Position numbers and translations under genes: made by a program | Notes under the pieces: model-generated | The model's input: the letters and a program-made list of their open reading frames with translations, nothing else | Databases searched by the model: none | Told to the model about the DNA's origin: nothing | In this document: piece by piece, positions 15,914-21,858 of the stretch | Numbering within the stretch: the stretch's first letter is position 1 | Layout of the letters: the number at the start of each line of letters is the position of its first letter | Assembly (NCBI GenBank): GCA_046583355.1 | Contig: JAYGCM010000090.1 | Span: forward strand, 1-21,858 | Origin: Deltaproteobacteria bacterium | GTDB lineage: Bacteria; Desulfobacterota; Binatia; UBA12015 | Length of the DNA: 21,858 bases | Direction: 5' to 3'

Positions 15914-17065
15914 GTGGCAAAACCCAAGATTCTGACCTGGCTGCTCGCGGCCGCAGCCGTGCTCGCCGCGGTGATTTTCCTCTATACGCGACCCGATCCT
16001 ATCCCTGTTGAGTTGGTCGAACTCAGGCTGGGTGTGGTCGAGGCGACCGTCGCCAATACACGGGCGGGAACGGTAGAGGCCTGCCGGCGCGCGCGGATGG
16101 CGCCGATTATCGGCGGCCAGGTGGCGCGCCTGCCGGTCGCGGAGGGGGCGCGGGTCGCCAAGGGCGATGTGCTTCTGGAGCTTTGGAACAAGGACCTGCG
16201 CGCACAGGTCCGGTTAGCCGAAGGGCAAGCGCGGGCCTCGGACTCGCGGGTTGCTGAGGCCTGCGCTCTCGCGCGGGTGGCGGCGAGTGAAGCTCGGCGC
16301 GCGCAGGATTTGGTCGGGAAGGGCGTGCTCTCGCAGGAGCAAACCGAGCGGTCTGCCGGCCAGGCAGAGGCACAGGCGGCAGGCTGCTCGGCGGCGAAGA
16401 CTGGCGCCGAGGTCAGCCAGGCTCGGGTCGATGGCGCCTATGCCGCATTGGAGCGGACGATCATGCGGGCGCCTTTTGCCGGGGTCGTGGCCGAGATCAA
16501 CGGCGAGTTGGGTGAAGTGGTGATCCCGTCGCCTGTCGGTGTCGCGACCTTGCCGACTGTCGACCTGATCGATGCGAGCTGCCTCTATGTGCATGCCCCG
16601 ATCGACGAAGTGGATGCCGGTCAGGTGCGGCCGGGTATGCCCGTGCGGATTACCCTCGATGCTTTTCCTGACACGCCGCAGGCGGGTCGTGTCCGGCGGA
16701 TCGCTCCGTATGTGCTGGACCTGGAGAAGCAGGCGCGCACAGTCGATGTCGAGGTTGATTTCGTGAATCCCGAAGAAGCTCGCCACTTCCTGCCCGGCTA
16801 TAGTGCGGACGTGGAAATCGTGCTCGAGCGGCGTGAGGGAGTGCTGCGGGTGCCGACCGAAGCCTTGTTGGAAGGGCATCGGCTGCTGGTTTTCGTAGAC
16901 GGCGAGGTGGAGGAGCGGGTAGTCGAGCCGGGGCTCAGGAATTGGCAATTTACCGAGGTGCGCGGCGGCGCCCGTATCGGTGATCGGGCGATTCTCTCGA
17001 TGGATCGCGAGGGTGTCGAGGCCGGTGCCCTGGTGGTGCCCGAAAAAGAACTCGAGCAACCGTGA
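15914..17065 (+). CDS. Efflux periplasmic adaptor subunit (MFP, MacA/HlyD family)
   Basis: N-terminal TM anchor. Lipoyl half-motifs GGQVARLPVAEGARVAKGDVLLEL and MRAPFAGVVAEING flank an alpha-hairpin. Also IDEVDAGQVRPG, LPGYSADVEI, VLRVPTEAL, GLRNWQFTEV. Confidence 0.92.
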   Translation: MAKPKILTWLLAAAAVLAAVIFLYTRPDPIPVELVELRLGVVEATVANTRAGTVEACRRARMAPIIGGQVARLPVAEGARVAKGDVLLELWNKDLRAQVRLAEGQARASDSRVAEACALARVAASEARRAQDLVGKGVLSQEQTERSAGQAEAQAAGCSAAKTGAEVSQARVDGAYAALERTIMRAPFAGVVAEINGELGEVVIPSPVGVATLPTVDLIDASCLYVHAPIDEVDAGQVRPGMPVRITLDAFPDTPQAGRVRRIAPYVLDLEKQARTVDVEVDFVNPEEARHFLPGYSADVEIVLERREGVLRVPTEALLEGHRLLVFVDGEVEERVVEPGLRNWQFTEVRGGARIGDRAILSMDREGVEAGALVVPEKELEQP

Positions 17066-17742
17066 TCGAGATCGAGGAAGTCGAGCGTTTCTATCAGGTC
17101 GGGGATCAATTGGTTCGCGCGCTGGACGGCGTAGACCTGCGCATCGAGGATGCGGAATATGTCTCCCTGATGGGCCCTTCGGGTTCGGGGAAGTCGACTT
17201 TGTTGCATATTCTCGGGCTGCTCGATCGCCCGACCAGTGGCCGCTACTGCATTGACGGGCGCGATACGACCACTTTGGATGAAGAGGAGCAGGCGCGCAC
17301 GCGCCGCGAGCAGATTGGTTTCGTCTTTCAATTCTTTCATCTCGTGCCGTATCTGACGGCGCTTGAGAATGTGGAATTGCCGCTGATCCTCAGCGGAACA
17401 CCGGCGGTGGAGAGGCGTGAGCGCGCCCGCACGGCGCTGGCACGGATCGGCATGGAGCCGCGCATCGATCATCTTCCCGATCAACTTTCGGGCGGGCAGC
17501 GCCAGCGCGTCGCGATCGCGCGTGCTCTTGTGACCAACCCGGCCGTTTTGCTGGCCGACGAACCGACCGGCAACCTCGACCGCCGCTCGGGCGGTGAAGT
17601 CATCGAGTTGCTTGAGGAATTGAATGCCGGCGGCATTACGCTGGTCGTCGTCACGCATGATTTCGACCTTGGCGGCCGGGCACGGCGGCGCATCCGGCTC
17701 GCGGATGGGCAGATCGTCTCGGATGAGCAATCCGAGCCATGA
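17062..17742 (+). CDS. ABC transporter ATP-binding protein (MacB/LolD/SalX type)
   Basis: Walker A GPSGSGKST, IGFVFQFFHL, signature LSGGQRQR, Walker B LLADEPTGNLD, H-loop VVVTHD. GTGA overlap with the MFP gene. Confidence 0.95.
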   Translation: MIEIEEVERFYQVGDQLVRALDGVDLRIEDAEYVSLMGPSGSGKSTLLHILGLLDRPTSGRYCIDGRDTTTLDEEEQARTRREQIGFVFQFFHLVPYLTALENVELPLILSGTPAVERRERARTALARIGMEPRIDHLPDQLSGGQRQRVAIARALVTNPAVLLADEPTGNLDRRSGGEVIELLEELNAGGITLVVVTHDFDLGGRARRRIRLADGQIVSDEQSEP

Positions 17743-18947
17743 CCGTCGCCGATTCGCTGGCCTTTGTCGGCCGCGTTCTTTTCCGCCACCCGCTGCGGAC
17801 CTCGTTGCTGCTTCTCGCCGTGGCCGTCGGGGTTGCCTCGGTGGTGGTGCTGACCTCGCTGGGCGACTCGGCGCGGCGCTATGTGAGCGAGGAATTCGCC
17901 TCGCTCGGAACCGATCTTCTGATCGTCACACCGGGGCGCAACGAGACCTCCGGGGTCGGGCCGTCGATGTTCATGGGTTCGACGCCGCGCGACCTGACTT
18001 TGGACGACGCACTGGCTCTGCGGCGCAGCTCGGCGGTGAAATCAGTTTCGCCAATGGTCATCGGCGAGGCGAGCCTCTCGCGAGCCGGCCGCGTTCGTCA
18101 GGCGCCGACCATTGGGACCACTGTCGAACTTCTCAAGATTCGGCATTGGAAGATGAGACGCGGGCGCTTCCTCCCGGCGGGGGACGTGGCGCGGGCACCG
18201 GCCGTTGTGGTCCTTGGCGAGAAGGTCCGCCAGGAGCTCTTCGGTGCGGAACCCGCGCTGGGGGGCTTTGTTCGCGTCGGCGACCGCCGCTTTCGCGTCA
18301 TCGGGATCCTCCAGACGGAGGGCCGCTCGTTGGGGTTGGATGTGGATGAATTGGTCGTCTTGCCGGTCGCGCGTGCCATGGAGGTTTTCGATACCTCGAG
18401 CCTCTTTCGCATCATGGTCGAGGCTCGCTCGCGCGGCGCGCTCGACCGCGCGGCCGAGGATACGCGGGTCCTCCTGAAAGACCGCCACCAGGGCGAAGAG
18501 GATGTGACGATCGTTCGGCAGGATGCGATGGTAAAGACCTTCGACCGCGTGCTGCGTGCCTTGACGTTCACGGTCGGCGGAATCGCGTCTGTGAGTCTGC
18601 TGGTGGCCGGCATTCTGCTGATGAATGTGATGTTGGTATCGGTCTCGCAGCGCACGGCCGAGATCGGCCTGCTCAAGGCGATCGGTGCCTCGCGCAACCG
18701 CATCCTCTCGCTTTTCCTGCTCGAATCGGGCGGGCTGGCGCTTTTGGGTGCGCTGCTCGGCCTGGCCCTCGGCCTGGCCGGGAATCTGGCGATCGGGTAT
18801 TTCGTACCCATGCTCACCTTGCGTCCACCGCTTTGGGCCGTCGTGGCGGCGCCGACGTCTTCCTTGCTTGCCGGAGTTGTTTTCGGCCTGATTCCGGCGC
18901 GTCGCGCTGCGGCGCTGGATCCGATCGACGCGCTGGCGGGGAGGTGA
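17739..18947 (+). CDS. ABC transporter permease (MacB/FtsX family, type VII)
   Basis: RTSLLLLAVAVGVASVVVLTSLG, large periplasmic domain (GRFL, VVVLG), GGIASVSLLVAGILLMNVMLVSVSQRTAEIGLLKAIGA, FLLES, PARRAAALDPIDAL. ATGA overlap with the ATPase gene. Confidence 0.93.
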   Translation: MTVADSLAFVGRVLFRHPLRTSLLLLAVAVGVASVVVLTSLGDSARRYVSEEFASLGTDLLIVTPGRNETSGVGPSMFMGSTPRDLTLDDALALRRSSAVKSVSPMVIGEASLSRAGRVRQAPTIGTTVELLKIRHWKMRRGRFLPAGDVARAPAVVVLGEKVRQELFGAEPALGGFVRVGDRRFRVIGILQTEGRSLGLDVDELVVLPVARAMEVFDTSSLFRIMVEARSRGALDRAAEDTRVLLKDRHQGEEDVTIVRQDAMVKTFDRVLRALTFTVGGIASVSLLVAGILLMNVMLVSVSQRTAEIGLLKAIGASRNRILSLFLLESGGLALLGALLGLALGLAGNLAIGYFVPMLTLRPPLWAVVAAPTSSLLAGVVFGLIPARRAAALDPIDALAGR

Positions 18948-18950
18948 GCG

Positions 18951-20150
18951 ATGGCGGCGCGTGATTTCCTTCGTCTCGTCATGCTCTCCTTGCTTTCGCA
19001 CCGGCTCCGCGGCGGCTTGACGGCGCTCGGCATCGCAATCGGCATCGCGGCCGTGGTGCTCCTCACCTCCTTGGGCGCGGGCATTCACCAATTCATGCTG
19101 GGCGAGTTCTCGCAATTCGGCACGACCATCCTGGCCGTGAATCCGGGCCGCACCACAACCCATGGTGGCCCGGTGGGAATGTTCGGTGCGAGTCGGCCGC
19201 TTACCCTCGATGACGCGGTGGCGCTGGCGCGTGTGCCGCATGTAACCGGAGTCGTGCCCTTCGTGATGGGGAATGCCGAGGTGAAGTCCAAGGGGCGCAG
19301 CCGGCGTACCTCCGTGCATGGTGTAGGCCCCGCTTTCCATGAGGTCTTCCGGATGAAGATCCAGATCGGCCAATCCCTCCCGCAGGGCAACCTGCACGCC
19401 GCGCGAGCCGTCGCGGTTCTGGGGGCGACGCTGCGCCGGGAACTCTTCGGCACCAACCCGGTTCTGGGCCAGCGCGTGCGGGTCGGCAGCGAGGGTTTTC
19501 GCGTGGTCGGCGTGATGGAGCCCAAGGGCATGATGTTGGGCTTCGATTTCGACGACGGAATCTATATTCCGACGGCGCGTGCGATGAGCCTTTTCGACAA
19601 ACGCGGCCTGATGGAAATCGACCTCTTCTATGAAGAGGGCGCGCCCGCCGATGAGGTCGCCGCGGCGGCTACCCGCATCCTGATCGCTCGGCACGGTCAA
19701 GAGGATTTCACCCTTACGACCCAGGAAGATATGCTGCAGGTGCTGGACCGGATTCTCGGCGTTCTCACGTCCGCGGTCGCTGCATTGGGCGGTATTTCGC
19801 TATTTGTCGGGGCTGTAGGAATTCTGACGATCATGACGATCGCCGTTCGCGAGCGTCAAGCCGAGGTCGGTCTGCTGCGGGCGCTGGGCGCCAGTACGGG
19901 CCAGGTGCTCGCCCTTTTTCTCGCCGAGGCCACCGTATTGGCAGCGCTCGGCGGTGTGGCGGGGTTGGTGATCGGGGTTGGCGGTGCCTGGCTGATCCAT
20001 TGGGTCTTTCCCGTCGTCCCGGTGCATACGCCGTGGGAATACGTGGTCGCCGCGGAGCTTCTCTCGATTACGATCGGGCTGGTTACGGGTGTGGTGCCCG
20101 CGCAGCGCGCAGCCGCTCTCGACCCCGTCGAGGCGCTGCGCGCTGAGTGA
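18951..20150 (+). CDS. Second ABC transporter permease (MacB/FtsX family), paralog of the preceding gene
   Basis: RGGLTALGIAIGIAAVVLLTSLG, GGISLFVGAVGILTIMTIAVRERQAEVGLLRALGA, FLAEA, PAQRAAALDPVEALRAE. Confidence 0.93.
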   Translation: MAARDFLRLVMLSLLSHRLRGGLTALGIAIGIAAVVLLTSLGAGIHQFMLGEFSQFGTTILAVNPGRTTTHGGPVGMFGASRPLTLDDAVALARVPHVTGVVPFVMGNAEVKSKGRSRRTSVHGVGPAFHEVFRMKIQIGQSLPQGNLHAARAVAVLGATLRRELFGTNPVLGQRVRVGSEGFRVVGVMEPKGMMLGFDFDDGIYIPTARAMSLFDKRGLMEIDLFYEEGAPADEVAAAATRILIARHGQEDFTLTTQEDMLQVLDRILGVLTSAVAALGGISLFVGAVGILTIMTIAVRERQAEVGLLRALGASTGQVLALFLAEATVLAALGGVAGLVIGVGGAWLIHWVFPVVPVHTPWEYVVAAELLSITIGLVTGVVPAQRAAALDPVEALRAE

Positions 20151-20159
20151 GAACCAAGG

Positions 20160-21575
20160 CTACATCGCCTTTGAAATCAAAGTCTTCTTGAACGCCGTAT
20201 AGGGCGGGTAGGCGATTTTGGGATCGACCCAGGTGCTTTTGTCGACCACGGCTTTGCGATGCGAGAAGGTCTCGAAGCTGCCGCGGCCGTGGTAGCTGCC
20301 CATGCCGCTGGGCCCGACGCCGCCGAAGGGCAGGTGTGGGTTGGCGACATGCCAGACCGAGGCATTGACACAGGCGCCGCCGGAGCTGGTTTCATCGAGC
20401 ACGCGCTCGGCTACGGTGGCGTTATTGGTGAAGATATAGAGCGCCAGGGGCTTCTCGCGTCCGTTCACGAACTCGATGGCTTCGTCGAGGTTCTCGACCG
20501 GGAGGATCGGCAGGATCGGGCCGAAGATCTCCTCTTGCATAAGGCGGGATTCGGGGTCCGGCCGGCGCACCAGAGTGGGCGCCAGGTAGCGCTCTGCTTC
20601 GGCGCCGTCGCCGCCGACGATGACGTCCTGGCCTTCGAGCATCGAGGCGAGGCGCTGGTGGTGCCGCGCGCTGGCGAGGCGACCGAAGTCCTTCGAGGCA
20701 TGCGGGTCGTCGCCGTAGAATTCTTTCAGGACATCCTTGAGCTTCGTGGTGAATTTCTCCTCGATGCTGGCATCGACGAGGATATAATCGGGCGCCACAC
20801 ACGTCTGGCCTGCATTGAGGAACTTCCCCCAGGCGATGCGATGCGCGGCGATGTCGAGGTTGGCATCTGCCGCAATGATGACCGGGCTTTTGCCGCCGAG
20901 TTCGAGCGTGACCGGCGTCAGGTGTTTCGCGGCGGCTTCCATCACGATGCGTCCGACCGTTCCGTTGCCGGTATAGAAAAGGTGGTCGAAGCGTTCGGCC
21001 AGTAGGGCAGTGGTCTCGGCGACGGCGCCCTCGACGACTTGAATTGCCTGGTTGTCGAGGTATTGCGCGACCAGTCGGCCGAGCAGGGCCGAGGTATTCT
21101 CGGTGATCTCGGAAGGTTTGAGGACAGCGCAATTTCCGGCGGCGATGGCACCCACCAGCGGGCTCAGGAGGAGCTGCACGGGGTAGTTCCAAGGCGCGAT
21201 GATCAGGACGACGCCGAGCGGTTCGCGTCGAATCGTGGATTTCGCCGGCTGCTGGGTGAGCGGTGTCGCGACCTTCTCTGGCCGGGTCCATTGGCTGAGC
21301 CCCTTGAGCACGAGGTCGATCTCGGCGACCACGACCGCAATGTCGGAGATATAGGCTTCGACGCTGGGTTTGCCGAGGTCTTGTGCCAGCGCCTCCTGCA
21401 AGGCCTCTTTGTTCTCCGTGAAGAGGTCACGCAGGCGGCCCAATTGCGCGCGTCGCCAGCTCAGAGGCCGGGTCTGTCCGCCGCGGAAATATTGTCGCAG
21501 ATCCGCGACGATTCCCGGAATTATCGTGATATCAGTATGGGGTCCAGCCAGGTTCTGTGCAGGTGCAGCGCTCAT
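20160..21575 (-). CDS. NAD(P)-dependent aldehyde dehydrogenase, ALDH3/coniferyl- or fatty-aldehyde type
   Basis: EPLGVVLIIAPWNYP, AAGNCAVLKPSE, FYTGNGTVG, TLELGGKSP (catalytic Glu), NAGQTCVAPDY (catalytic Cys), EEIFGPILP, PFGGVGPSGMGSYHG. GGAGGA RBS precedes ATG 21575 (MSAAP). Confidence 0.93.
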   Translation of the reverse strand: MSAAPAQNLAGPHTDITIIPGIVADLRQYFRGGQTRPLSWRRAQLGRLRDLFTENKEALQEALAQDLGKPSVEAYISDIAVVVAEIDLVLKGLSQWTRPEKVATPLTQQPAKSTIRREPLGVVLIIAPWNYPVQLLLSPLVGAIAAGNCAVLKPSEITENTSALLGRLVAQYLDNQAIQVVEGAVAETTALLAERFDHLFYTGNGTVGRIVMEAAAKHLTPVTLELGGKSPVIIAADANLDIAAHRIAWGKFLNAGQTCVAPDYILVDASIEEKFTTKLKDVLKEFYGDDPHASKDFGRLASARHHQRLASMLEGQDVIVGGDGAEAERYLAPTLVRRPDPESRLMQEEIFGPILPILPVENLDEAIEFVNGREKPLALYIFTNNATVAERVLDETSSGGACVNASVWHVANPHLPFGGVGPSGMGSYHGRGSFETFSHRKAVVDKSTWVDPKIAYPPYTAFKKTLISKAM

Positions 21576-21701
21576 GATCTCATCCTCCGCGCGGCTCGCG
21601 CCGCAATCAGCCGCCGATCGGCCTGCTTCCTGTCTAGCCCCGGTGCCCGTCCGTGCCAAGTCTTATGAGGTGACGGTCCGCGTGCGCGAGGTGCGGCGGG
21701 C

Positions 21702-21858
21702 TCAATCGACCAGGTAGCCGAGGGCTTCGAGTTGACGGCGGGTGCGCGGATCGATGGTGATGGGCTCCCCGGCAGCGCCGACGCCCGTGCTGCGCAATTC
21801 GCTGCGCAATGTGATCAGCGCCGTTCTCATCTCTGCGAGACGGTCGACCTCGCGGCGG
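21702..21858 (-). CDS. 3' end of a probable sulfatase/alkaline-phosphatase-superfamily protein (partial)
   Basis: Minus strand reads ...RLAEMRTALITLRSELRSTGVGAAGEPITIDPRTRRQLEALGYLVD*. A terminal 'xxxxLxALGY' is typical of many bacterial sulfatase-like proteins. Only 52 codons are visible. Confidence 0.6.
   Translation of the reverse strand, partial: RREVDRLAEMRTALITLRSELRSTGVGAAGEPITIDPRTRRQLEALGYLVD

Noticed and set aside
18042..19700. 552-aa minus-strand ORF (and similar ones at 9832-10809, 5145-6107, 16798-17730)
   Set aside because: Antisense shadows of well-supported genes. Stop codons are scarce in GC-rich reverse frames.
21641..21660. Sigma-54-like TTGGCACG upstream of the aldehyde dehydrogenase (minus strand)
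   Set aside because: The -24 element is good, but the GC is 9 rather than 10 nt from the GG and lacks the preceding TT. Sigma-54 spacing is strict.
21790..21810. Tandem GCTGCGCAAT repeat
   Set aside because: It simply encodes LRSELRS in the partial sulfatase-like CDS, with only two copies.
1..21858. CRISPR arrays, tRNA/rRNA, IS elements, integrases, defence genes
   Set aside because: No regularly spaced repeats, RNA-gene signatures or transposase/integrase motifs were seen. The two nucleases are separated and sit in housekeeping contexts.

Overview
High-GC (roughly two-thirds G+C by eye), gene-dense bacterial chromosome segment. I see no mobile elements, RNA genes or CRISPR arrays. The gene repertoire (HpnM/MlaA/HpnN cassette, sulfatase-type 'LEALGY' C-terminus) is compatible with a deltaproteobacterial/Myxococcota-like environmental diderm, but this is inference only. 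Order: partial membrane-protein 3' end; cstA-family transporter; secreted EEP phosphodiesterase with an extra N-terminal domain; SDR (-); xylB; TauE/SafE permease; MlaC/HpnM; MlaA/VacJ (-); HpnN/MMPL transporter; class I SAM methyltransferase; otsB (-); PolB-type stand-alone 3'-5' exonuclease; a tightly coupled six-gene run (Ser-rich lipoprotein, secreted His...Cys papain-like/DUF4105-like protein with a ~280-aa insert, periplasmic adaptor, ABC ATPase, two MacB-like permeases); ALDH3-type aldehyde dehydrogenase (-); partial sulfatase-like 3' end (-). The best candidate for an undescribed system is the 13660-20150 operon: lipoprotein + split Lnb/DUF4105-like Cys-His enzyme + MacAB/LolCDE-like transporter, possibly a dedicated lipoprotein maturation/trafficking module. 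Second is a hopanoid/lipid trafficking cassette with no biosynthesis genes in the window, coupled to an unusual methyltransferase.
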